Source: Atractiella rhizophila | Lineage: Eukaryota | DNA: 64,000 bases | Assembly: GCA_021432655.1 (NCBI GenBank) | Contig: MU271182.1 | Location: 1-64,000 of the forward strand | Direction of reading: 5' to 3' | Part shown: one piece after another, positions 25,954-37,230 of the stretch | How the letters are laid out: each line of letters opens with the position of its first letter | How positions within the stretch are numbered: the stretch's first letter is position 1 | Position numbers and translations under genes: made by a program | The notes under the pieces: generated by a model | Told to the model about the DNA's origin: nothing | Databases searched by the model: none | Seen by the model: the letters and a program-made list of their open reading frames with translations, nothing else

Positions 25954-27486
25954 GTCAGCTGTGTGGATCGGTTTGGGGCAGGACCTTAAAAAGGATTCAA
26001 GACCATTTGGAGGAACACTTATGGTTTTCTGTGGTATGATACTTCCCTTTAAGTAGTTCTTTATTAACATACTGTTCACAGGAGATGGCAGACAGTGTTT
26101 TCCGGTAGTGCCAAATGGAAGCCCGAGCTCAGATTGTGGATGCCTGCATCATTAATTCTTACTTCTGGCCGAATGTTCAAGTCCTGCCTTTGAAAACCAA
26201 TATGCGCCTTCTTTGAGGCCAACAGGAAATGACACCAGCCGAATTTCAGCATACAACCAGATTTGCCCAGTGGCTCCTTGATGTTGGAAATGGTCTCACT
26301 GATAATCCGTCAGACAATGGATGTGGAGCCTTAACGATACCAGATGGATCTATTATTCCATCCCACGAAGGACTAGATGGTCTGTTGCGCTCAATTTACG
26401 GACAACTAGATTCTCTACGAAATATCCCTGCTCTGAGCTTCCTTCAAGAATACTTCCGGGTTCGCATGATTCTAGCAGCAAAGAATGTGGATGTGGATGG
26501 CATCAATGATCGCTTGATTCAGTGGCTCGAATCCACAGGAGATCGGGTATATTACAGTGCAGATCAAATTATAGATGACGAGGGAGATCTCAGAAATCGC
26601 TTCTCTGTTGAGTACCTGAATACCCTGGAGATCTCTGGATTCCCTTCACATCGTTTACACCTCAAGATCGGTGCACCCATCATTCTTCTGCGAAATCTCA
26701 ATCCATCTGCTGGCCTGTGCAATGGCACACACCTCATAGTCACTCAGCTTCTCCGGCGAGTCATCGAAGCAACCATCATTACAGGTGCACACAGTGGGCG
26801 AATCAGTTCTCATTCCTCGAATCGGCATTGACAGTGTAGTATCAAACCAGCTTCCTTTTCAATTCCGCCGCTTTCAATTCCCTGTGCGCTTAGCATTTGC
26901 CTTAACTCTGAATAAAGCGCAAGGACAATCTGTTGGACATGTGGGTTTGTACTTAGAGTCTTCTCCTTTCTCTCATGGGCAGCTTTATGTTGGTCTTTCA
27001 CGGGTTTCAAAACGCGAACAATTTACGAGTATTGGTCAAAACAAAGCAAGGAGAGGAAAACAAGCAAACAGATAATGTAGTTTACAAAGAAGTGTTACGA
27101 GTACTCAATCATTGATCATCTCTCAGCATGTTCCTAACAGTATAGTCAAAAGCTGAAGTGGTTCTCTGAGGTACGAGGAGACCACTCAGCTTTTCACTGT
27201 TTTTTAAAGACAGTAGAGTACATATGGTGAGTCTGTGCTCGCCGAAGGCGAGGCTCCACGCAGTGGCTGCCGGAGGCTGGGGTCCAAGGGCGAAGCCCCC
27301 GGCGGGGGGATGCCCGAGGGACGAGGGCACTGACACACTTGTCTGAATAATGCTGAATGCCAATCTCAGACACCATTTATTCTTGGACCAGATGACATTG
27401 ATTTTACGTTACCAACATCACATCACGCTTCTCTTCAAGCACGGCGAGTTTGGACAAATCCTCTCCCACCTTTATTACAGCAGCTG

Positions 27487-28432
27487 ATGCATGAGATGGT
27501 ATTTTCTGCATCGCTGCCAGAAGATAATCCTGGTTTTAGCAATGAGCATGATGGAGAAATGTGTACTCAGCAAGCATGGCAGGAACTTTGGGCAGAACAG
27601 ACTGAGGAAGAACGTGATCAAGCTTTTTTAGAGAAGATGCTTGGCCTGAAGGACCGCCTGATGAACCAGCTAGATCAGCCTGATATGGACTTGGAATCCT
27701 TTCTGACACAAACTTCGGCAAGTGATTGGTTTCCGTACAAGACTCTTGAGGAAGCTTTAGCTGATCTTCTATTGAATCTGCCTCGGCATCATATTTCAGA
27801 GACCCTACGGCAACTTCTGTGGTGGATTATTCCAGAGTTATGCTCTGCAAAAGGACTCCCGCCTCCAAAGCTTCCATCAAAGGCACGGTTGAACAAGTTG
27901 CACCAACAGTTTCAAGAGGAAAACATTGGTCCACAAACACTTCAGAATACAACCCATAAGAGTAACATCTATCACCTCAATGACATTGGCAAGATCATTT
28001 CACAGGAGGTCGCCAATCCACTTGTTCGGAAGCATCTTCATTTCAGAAGACAGCAGCAAAGCAGTTCAGGAGATGTGGCAGTCATCAAAGTGGGCACAAG
28101 AGCTTGATGCTCAATTTCTCTCGCCCTCTGTACATGTCAAGGGATCTTTATTCTTTGTCAACAAGGCTGTTCAGTTAGAGGATGGTCATTACTTCATGCC
28201 ATTCCGATGGTTCCTGCATGCTGAGTCAAGAAGTCTTTATGCTCGTGGATCTTACCTGCACGAGAATGGTCAACCTGGAGGATGGATCATTTCAGAAGAT
28301 GAAGAAGAATTGCCTGTCTCTATGTTTGAAGCCAATATCACTAGCATCTTATCAAGGTCGGCACTCATTCCCCCTTATATCTCACAATGTACTCGAGATG
28401 GCCAACTATGCTTGTTGGATTTTGCAGTCTAG
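27487..28432 (+). mobile_element. Fragment of an unclassified fungal transposase-like protein (possibly CMC/EnSpm-related), frameshifted
   Basis: WFPYKT..ALADLLLNLPR, EVANPLVRKHLHF, EMWQSSKW and FFVNKAVQLEDG.YF.PFRWF resemble a repeat-associated basidiomycete protein family. The superfamily assignment is uncertain. Confidence 0.45.
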
Positions 28433-28527
28433 TTTCGTGCCACTCAGTGGCAAAGTTCTTTAGTTTTCTGGAATGTTCTACTACTTTCTAGTTGCCACTG
28501 CTGTAAGCTATATAAACACATAGAATT

Positions 28528-30080
28528 CCATTTCTTCGATGGCGGTGGTGTTGTTCGATACGCCATCTCCCATAATACATCCTAGCTGTAAGCATTCATT
28601 GAGCTAATGTCCACTGTGTAAAAAATAGCTGTACAAACCTGCCAATTAATCCCATAGTTGTCAGCTGTCTTCCTAATTGCATTCGCAATGACATCACCAG
28701 TATACGCTCCTTCAATCTCTTGGAAGTCAATAAGAACTTCCTCCAGCACCCAGTCTTCGTTGATGAACGAAGCGATGATCGTGAAAAAGGCATAGCAGTT
28801 ATCGGAGGTCCACAGATCTTGAGTAAGGTGAATCTTTGTATTGAGGGCCTAGAAACTGCAATGAGCACCCAAGCAACACATATAGCTAAAGTATTACCTG
28901 AATGTGTTCTCCTAAACACTCCTTAGTATCCTTAGCCATTGACAACACCTTCCTCTTAATGGTTTCACAGCTTGGCAGTTTGAGACCTTTCTTCTCTTCT
29001 CAACTTCCATGACTGCTTGACACCTGCCACCGAATCATCCTCACCTGGGATAGAGCCATCCTGTGGAACTGGTATTGCTTGCTCCTTGGAGATTGGAAAT
29101 TTCCACTAAAGGTACAGAAGAAGGTCGAGGAATTCAATGGAGGTGACGGACGTGAAGGGCTGCTCGGTACTGACATTGTATTTGAGGAGGAGATCATCGA
29201 ATATCTGTTGATCAAATGCCTTCACAAAGTCATAAGTAGTAAAAGGGTTCTACAACAGCATTCACCTGCCTCTTATACTCGTCTGCCATCCGGTTCATCA
29301 GCTTGTCGATGGAGGAGGCTTGCAACTTCACTCTTTTCTTATCCGAATCTGTAATCTAGCAAAGAGCCATGATCAACAATGAAATGTGAAATCTTAAGGA
29401 GAAAATACGAACAGGAATATGCCCTCTAGCCTTATCCACGTCTTCTTGAGGTATATCAGTCTTGTTCTTGACAAGAAGAAGGAGCTTTTGATAGAGCCGT
29501 CCCAGAGAACTTTGAGGCTTTGGAGACCGTGTCGAAAACCAGAATTGGACGAAGACTGAGGATGGTATCCAGAGAATGAATGATGAAATGGGCAGTCATT
29601 GTCTTCATCCTTGCAGGAGAGCATTGCCTTGAGGTTCTCACATGTCTTTATAAAGCCAAGATATAGCCTAATACAGATATCAGTTTAAATTGAAGAGAGA
29701 GTGAGAGAGGAACAATGTACATAGTCCTTATCTTATCGTACAGTTGTGGGAGATGACATCAACACTTCCAGCTCCTCATAACCAGGAATAGTCAAGTCCC
29801 TGGTCCAAACAAAGTCAACACTGTACATCATGTTGAAAGATGAAAGGACTGGCATACACTTCTCGCTCCCGCTTCTTTCTTTCTGCCTCACTAAAAGCAG
29901 TCCCATCTTCATTATTCCTCTTCACCATATCCACCAGTTTGATTTGCCGAATTGACTTCGTTGATGTCATTGTGGTCAAGGAATAGCAATGCGTTGAGGG
30001 TTACGGCAGGAGGGCTGAATGCCTTTTATAGTCCTTTTGGTTGGGGTTTGGCGGTGGACACATTGATACCCAGTCATCTG
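28528..30080 (-). mobile_element. hAT transposase remnant with upstream accessory ORF remnant
   Basis: Not in the ORF track. KIHLTQDLWTSDNCYAFFTIIASFINEDWVLEEVLIDFQEIEGAYTGDVIA, an intron, then LGCIMGDGVSNN; upstream FDQQIFDDLLLKYNVSTEQPFTSV. Confidence 0.8.
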
Positions 30081-30857
30081 GTTGATACCAGCTTGCTTTG
30101 GGGTTGGAATATTCTCGAGCTGGGGTTACTGAGACAAACCGAAACATCAATTCGAGAGGAGGCATGGTCGCGACTGGCATCCGACTGTACAACAAGCATA
30201 AGCACGCATGGAGATGGGTCCATTTGGAGTGGACTACCGTACATCTTGTCGTCCATGCACAGGCATGGGCGGGTAGGAGCAGGTTGATTCTGGTTCAATG
30301 TAAGTCAAAATTGGTGGGTATCCCACACGGATGCCAAACCCGTATCGTACCGTTGTGCATCCCTAGCAGGGAGGGAGACGTGAAGTGGTGAGTAGCTATC
30401 ATCGAATCAGCCGACATGCTTAAACATTGACCAAGCCAATGTACGGTGTCCGTGAGGAGAAGGAGGGGGCAACAACTGGAAATCTAAGAAGGCCCACTTC
30501 AGCAGTGAGAAAGGTAGGAGGGAGAGCCATACGAATACTAGGTTTTACAACGGTGGAGAGGTGAAGTATTGATGGTAGTTTCTCAACATTTAGAAAAAAA
30601 GAGGTCATATTTCATAATCCTTTCCTTATATAATAAAGCACAACTGGATTTGGCCATGACTCATACATGCACTTTTGAGTTCTTATATCTCCACCCACAA
30701 TAACCCTTTGAAAATTCTGAGCATAAGCATACCATAAGAATATGTGTGACGGCGCCCTTCGAACCGTATACAGCAAAGCCCATTTGAAAGACGAAAAAAA
30801 GTGTTTTGGTGACTGAGTCAGGTGACTTCTGAGCACTTTGAGCAAAATTTGCGTTAC

Positions 30858-31450
30858 CTACTCAAAGTTAGGTAATAAGGCATCAAGTTTGTACTGTGGT
30901 GTAGTTGGTGTATTGTTGAGATTCAAGTCTTGAGTGATTGGGGTTGGTGTTGGTTCGATTCTCAGTCCTGTCATGTTTTGTCACCACCAGAACACATTGC
31001 GCACAAAGTGCGTGCATGCAATTTCTTATTCAGGGCTTTCTGAGATTTCTCATGTCATGGGCCAAAAAAACTGTTGTTTGCCAACTATGAGGGAAAGTGA
31101 GCAAGCATTCATGCAAGTGAAACGGTTTCTTTCACCACAAATATGCTTTCTAACAATCTACCATAGTATCTCTGAGCCCTCTACCATAAATCAAAGCAAG
31201 CAAGAAAAGCATAGGTGTATATACTCTGGCTTATATATTCTTCACTTATATCATTTTGTTATGTGCTGCAAGCTACACTCTCATGCCACATGCAATTCAG
31301 AGAAATCAAACAAGAAATCGAGAGCGCCGATCCAAACGGCCTCAATGTCTGCAGCAGGAGGCACACCAAGGTCAATCTATAAGAGAGAGGCGATGCCCTG
31401 CATGTTTTAATCCTACTCCACCTACTCCACCTCAACTTGAGACAAGATCA
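30858..31450 (+). repeat. Diverged second copy of the Helitron 5' region (paralogue of about 21760-22345)
   Basis: Long shared strings, e.g. ACTATGAGGGAAAGTGAGCAA and CAATTCAGAGAAATCAAACAAGAAATCGAGAGCG. Confidence 0.85.
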
Positions 31451-32491
31451 ACTGAGGCTAGGACTTGTCAGCCTGTAAGCGGCTAAGACATGCTTGTGCA
31501 ATCCAAAACTCCAAACTCAAGCGACGACCAAATCAGAGAACCCGCAGGTTCCGGCGGAATTTAGTGAGAAGGAAGCCTAACCGTTCACCCTTCCCTCATA
31601 CCTCATGGAGTTTCCCGTGGACCAATAGACAACCCGTACACCGTACGGGTCAGGTGGGTTGGCGGTGTTGAAGGTTTCCAAAACCGTGTGACAAGCCTAT
31701 TGGGACCCTTCGCCTTTACAAGGTACTTATCCCTAAGGATCACTTCTTGCTGTCGCATGATGAACACAGGCTGTTGGAGTGATTTAGCCATAGACTTGAA
31801 CTGGGGTTGTTCCGACTGATGAAATTTTGCTTTCCCAATACTGAACTAGAAACCGGCACAACTTTGTGAAGAGCATGGGGAAAAGATGTCCAGAGGAATT
31901 GGAAGTAAGGCACCCCATTAGATACTCTGAGTTACCATTCTCAGATAGTTCCCATTCACACCTTAACACTCCTGTCACAGTTCGAACATGGCGATGGTGA
32001 GAAGAAAAACAAGAACAAGAACGATCTGATCCACTGTCTACCTGAATTATACCCAATATGCAGCATGCGAACATCAAATGGTACAGGGCTGTTGAGCAAC
32101 ACCAGTGCCTTTCGGCATGTCAGGTGTTGCAGGCACGTTTGTGAATGCACCAAAGCCTTTTCAGTAAATATGCGTTGTGATGATGCTCAACAGAATGCAT
32201 TACAACAATAATTGGGACTTTTTATACCATCACACAGGTGGAGAACAAGAAAGGATGCAGAATGACCAGTGAGAGTATTCACCACAGCCAAATAAACAAA
32301 CAGTTTTGTGCGTTTCGGCAAGGTGTACACACTTCACCAGCCAGCTCACCTAATACCATATTACTGGGGGCAAGTTCGCAAATTGTCTGTCATCACAAAC
32401 AAAGAGGTGCTCTGGCACCTTGTTTCAGTTTTAACATGTATTGTGGGAGACAAGAGCGTATGGATGAAGGATTAAAGCACTGAGAACGCAC

Positions 32492-33202
32492 TCCGCCCAG
32501 TACTTTCGAACATCACTTTATCGTTCAATCCCAGTCGTAGTTCCGGCATACCCGATAGGTAGCACTTCATCTTGACCACACCGAAAATTTCTTAAGGAAC
32601 CACATTTCCCTCCATATTCACCTATTCAACGAGACCAAATCAACGCCGAACATAGTGGCCTCCTAGAGAGATGTGGTACGTATGTTGACACTTTCGATGA
32701 CATCCAAGAACACCTCGTTCTTCCGATGCCGAATGCCTTCACTTCTCCATGACACAGCATTCGTCGCGCTAACCGGCACCCGAACTAGTTGGATCTCGAG
32801 CTTGTGCGATTCCTGCGTAATGTATTCTTGCAGGATTTTGGACTCAGTGGTTTGAGGATAGCCGAAATCCATCATCTCGTCTAGTACTGAGTTCAGAAAT
32901 TTGTAAGTGGTAGGGTTCAGTACATGGCATGATGATCCACAACGATTCAGCATTTCATTCCCATTGTACTCAATCCATCTTCTGGAGAAAAGGCAAGATT
33001 CATGGTAAAGATTGTTATGCCTAATATACATGGAATTGATTCCTTCACTAGTAAAACAAGGCGTAACAAATTGACTCTCTTCTTCCATTTCCGAAAGCAG
33101 CGGAACAAATCGCCCGATGGCGGAAGGGGGAACGTAGTCTCGATAAGAACGCTGAATTAGCGACTTGCCCTTCAGGTCGGTGATCGCTATAAGGGATGCC
33201 AT
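32492..33202 (-). pseudogene. APM1: AP-1 adaptor medium (mu1) subunit fragment, internally deleted and 3'-truncated
   Basis: DLKGKSLIQRSYRD, YIRHNNLY, LDEMMDFGYPQTTESKILQEYITQESHKLE, NAVSWRSEGI..RKNEVFLDVIESVN and KMKCYLSGMPELRLGLNDKVMFE. The segment between NNLY and LDEMMD is missing and there is an in-frame stop. Confidence 0.85.
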
Positions 33203-33445
33203 GGCCAGGAGCTTTCAGGTAAGGTGCTGATGACGAGCTGAGTTGACAGGCGAGGGAGGCGGTCGTTCAGTATCTTTCTCTCGCCAAAAAGGATGCGATC
33301 TTTCGGCTCCGTCCATGCCTCATCAGCCTCGGCTTGGAGCCGGTTTAGAGCAGTTAGGAATTTGATATTGCCATCAATCCCCATAGTGATGTGCCAGCGT
33401 GCCCATGTTCAAAATATGGGATACGTCTTCATGCCCGTTCGAATA

Positions 33446-36400
33446 TTCGTTGTCCTGCATGTCACGGAATGAGAAGATCCACATCGCGTCCATGATATGC
33501 CTGTGGTTAAGGCGCCGTTATCAGCATTTTGAGCAAGGTTGTTAGCAACAAGATTTTTTTTAGAACTAGGTCTTTCTGCGATTGCCTAACTGGAGCGTTT
33601 CGGTTTACACCCTTCGTACACTATATTTCATCAACTATTTGACTATTCTCATTTCTGAAGCGAGAGCATTGCTGAGATTGCAAGATTGTACAACAGGAAA
33701 GAATGATTGTAGTGTTTTCTTACGTCTAGCAGCCACACAAAACAACCCACTGTTTACGAAAGTAATTCTCCCTAATTCTTCACAGGTACAAATATGTCAT
33801 TTCTTTTTTCGAATTTGGCTTTTGTACTGTTTGGGTAGTATGGGTTTGAGATCAAAGTCCTAAACAAGCCAAAACGAACGAAATCAATGTGATCAAAGCG
33901 TCACAGTAATGCTCGCTGGGAATACGGTCGGGGAACAGGAGCAACTGCTGGAGACAGATGTGGGGATTGGCATCAGGGTCGAGAGTGGAAGGGAAAGTGA
34001 AGCAGTACGATACCTATTACATGGCTTCTTCATGAGAATCAATCCAACGTCGCATCGTGAGAGAACACTTACCAGGAGAGGTTGAGCCATTTTTCGAATT
34101 AGTGAGGAAGAAGTTGAATGAGGCTCCATTGTCATACTCCCAAGACGCGAACGATTCGACATAATGATCCGCTTCTTCGATGAGAGTGAAAGTTCCGTTC
34201 CCACCTCGGGCATTCAAAGAGTCGACGGCGTTCCTCATGTCAGACTCGAGTGGTGAGGTTCCGTTGTCGAGACTACTAAGCACCGAAAACACAACCAGAA
34301 AAGAAGAACAGATCCAAGCAAAACCAGTGGACCTGGGTACCTTACAATGTCATGTGTAAGAAATGATTATTATGTATTACTAGGCATTAGTCCAGGATTC
34401 TGATAATGGTAATGCCATTACTTTGTACTGGAAAGTATGGGAGAAAACAGTGCCTTACATTACATTAAAAAAGCACTACATTACATTACATTCCAGTATC
34501 TGTAATAGAAATGTGCTCAGTGCTGGAGGGGACCACACGAAGGCGAAATTTAAAAGACGGGGGCGAGCAGCTGAACGAGGAGAAGTGTGCCATTATTGTG
34601 GTGTTCATGATTCATCCTGCCATCTCAGATGAGTGGCAATTATTTGTTCCAGAATATTCTCCATCATTCTCGCTTTTTGTTTTCTTACGTCCTTACTTTT
34701 TCTTGAAAGTTCTAGAATAACTGTCTCACAAGTATATAAAGACTGAGAAAAATAGCGAAATAATCATTGCAATTTCACAATACCAACAATTATGTAGTTC
34801 TTTGACGGCAGTCATCTCACAGATCGCAGCATGTTGCAAAGATGAAAGGTGAAGCCGGATCTGTAGGAACGTAGGAATGGCACAAAGATGCCGAAAGGGT
34901 TATGACATGGTTTTCTCTCCGGTGCAAACTCCGCACTGTACACTCTTGTACTTTCTACAGATTTATATCGCACTGGTCAATGACACAGTTTTCGATGCCA
35001 TTCACTCCGCAGCACCTGATAGTGAAACGCATGATCACGAAGTTTTGGTGATATCAAATTGAGTTGCCATATAAGAGACGAAATTCTGCCCCTTGTCTCT
35101 CTACCCAAGAATCGCTTATTATTTTTTTTCGTGGGATGGAACATTCTGCTAAACACACCAGAGTCCTCATATCAGCGGACCTCCTCCGCCGCAACACGCT
35201 CAGCAACAGGAACAACATGCACCATTGAGCGACGAGCACGATCCGAACGCTCCACGTCTGACCCTGCCTGATGGCAAGAAAATTTTCAACGAAGACGTGA
35301 AGAGCACTTGGTTCGGGTGCGTTTCCTAACTTCCCACATTCCGGCGCTCAGTGCAGCATTGATGTGAATTCTCTGCTACCAGAAAAGTTGATACGGAAGA
35401 ATGTGCCATGCTCGTCGCTGCATGCTGCTCACTTGGGAAAGCTCCCTTTGATGAACACAGCCGTGATTGAGTTTTTGATGAAGTTGGGAGACGCGAGGCA
35501 TCGCGTAACGAGTCCTGGTAATACTTGGGTGTTCGTCTTTTTCTCCCTCTCTTCTTCTAACATGTTCGACGTGACTCACTCTGCGAAAGGCTCAAAGGTC
35601 CTTCTGGTATTCTTGAATTTGAAGATGGAATTGCTTGGTTCGTTTCTTCTCTTTGCAACTGTCCTTGTGTCACTCACAATTCTCTGGGCATGAAAAGGTC
35701 AGAAAGCACCGAAATCACGTATCCGCTAATGTTAGCGCGCTGTTGTCAATCGTGGACATGCCTCTCTCAGACACCTTTCGTCAGGCGCCACCTCGAATTC
35801 AGAACGATGGACACGATCTATCACCTCATCACGTACCAATACGAACGCGACAACGTCGTTCCTCTCACCGATATTCATAAGGATCAGTGGATGATGAATG
35901 TCTGGCGTCAAGACCTCGGCGGCCATATGAGCATCATGAAGTCTTTCTACGGTGGACCACCGGTTACGAACGCCATTCGCAATTCGGCCGGAATGGATTG
36001 GAGGACTGGGGAAGCTGAAGAGCGGAGGAGAAGGCAGGCGGAGTATATGAATCAAGTCAAGAAGCCCGCTTTTCGAGTGCATGTTGCAAGAGCGGGCGTG
36101 AGATCAGACGGAGAGGAGATGATTGTGGATCTACATGAACAGCGTCCGAGAGTTTTCGAAGATCAGTCAACGCGATCGAGGAAGGATGGGCCTACCTCGA
36201 GAGGTTAGCATAAGAGTAAGGCGAGAGCTGTTGAGGATTGGCAGTCCGCTTATGAAGAGGTTCTGCCACATGCTTCTCGGGACCTTCAACGAAAAAACCG
36301 CCGGCGTTGATGACAGTCTTTTTGATGGACGGGAAGGAGGACGCAGGGGAGAGGCACGTGAAGGTTAGGGCCGATGGGAATGCGCGAGCGAACTGGGAAG

Positions 36401-37156
36401 TTGGGAGTACAGCGATCTTTGGCACGGAGAAGGGGTATAAACCTCAACTTCGTGGTCAAAAAGCTGGAGGGGACGCATATAAGGTGCCTCGCAATAAGGG
36501 AGAGCGAGCCCTCGCAGCAGAACGCGAGAGTGAGAGAGCTCGAATGCGAAGCATCCGTGGATCTCCATTCGCTCATCCTCAGCATCCAAGTCCTCCCATG
36601 GCCGCGAAGATGCCTATACATTCTCCTCCTGGCAGTTACGTCCATTGTCCGCCGCCTGGCCATCCCCTCTTCGTATATGGTTCTCCTTTTCCCCATAGGT
36701 TTTAGCTGACAAATTTTTGTGACATAGGTTCCTCCTGGATTCCCTGTTCCGTACGGACACCCTTCTCGAGCTTCGCATTCCAAAAGACAACGAAGTCTAG
36801 ACGGCCTAGAAGATGACGAAAGAGTTGTAATTGACATGGCCGTCGACGAGGAGGAGGACCAAAAACCCTTTTCGAAACGAGCTCGGGTGAGCAACACTCA
36901 ACAGGATCCCATCCCAATTCGCGACACTCCCGGTCCGTCAGCTCGTCCCTCAGCTTCCCATCGAATGGATGTAGACGAAGGACGTCACATCCCCCTCATC
37001 CCTTCAATGCGTACCAAATAGGGCATCCTGGTCATGGTCCGCCTCCCTTCATAGATGGACGCCGCTCGTCTGTGGTGCAACATCCTCACATGCCACATTT
37101 TCCTCTACCCATTGGACCTCACGATCAAGTCCTCTATGCCCGTGAGGGGCCACCGG
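33446..37156 (+). repeat. Duplicated block, copy A (copy B = mirror-read 43196 to 41420, then 46564-48492)
   Basis: 35227-37156 is nearly identical to 46564-48492 (a few SNPs, one 1-bp indel). 33446-35226 matches 41420-43196 read backwards and is more diverged below about 33900. Confidence 0.95.
35162..37156 (+). pseudogene. Divergent Gti1/Pac2 (WOPR) domain gene, copy A, frameshifted and cut by a LINE insertion
   Basis: Spliced: STWFG|KVDTEECAMLVA(frameshift)HAAHLGKLP...SPGNTWV|LKGPSGILEFEDGIAW|SES...FVRRHLEFRTMDTIYHLITYQ. TGA at 36253. The start codon was not located. Confidence 0.7.
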
Positions 37157-37230
37157 GGGGCGGTCGTAGTGCCTCCTCGTGGCGCCCCTGGATAACGTTA
37201 CTTCCTTCGGGATAACTAACTAAACTACGA
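37156..37230 (+). ncRNA. HDV-like (nested double pseudoknot) self-cleaving ribozyme at the LINE 5' end
   Basis: P1 GGGGGC/GCCCCT with G-U first pair; P2 TCGTAGT/ACTACGA; P3 GCC/GGC; L3 TCCTCGT; P1.1 CC/GG; P4 with a C-UUCG-G loop; J4/2 C37220-TAA. Confidence 0.85.

Larger units (their letters stand above)
21760..27341 (+). mobile_element. Helitron (RepHel: HUH Rep plus PIF1 helicase), inactivated; 5' end approximate
   Basis: N-terminal CTHCKAFHW..E..FSLCCLHGKV; Rep motifs FTTFTCN..W.EI and VIEFQKRGLPHAHIL; helicase ILLRNLNPSAGLCNGT, QFPVRLAFALTLNKAQGQS, FSHGQLYVGLSRV, NVVYKEVL. 3' hairpins and CTTG|T at 27338-27342. Stops at 22776 and 26214. Confidence 0.95.

Noticed and set aside
33893..34340. 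Possible small spliced or secreted protein gene on the minus strand
   Set aside because: One plausible intron exists, but I could not find a convincing start codon, consistent frame or family motif.
34457..34492. (TTACA)n short repeats, and (CAA)n near 7180
   Set aside because: Ordinary microsatellites with no further structure.
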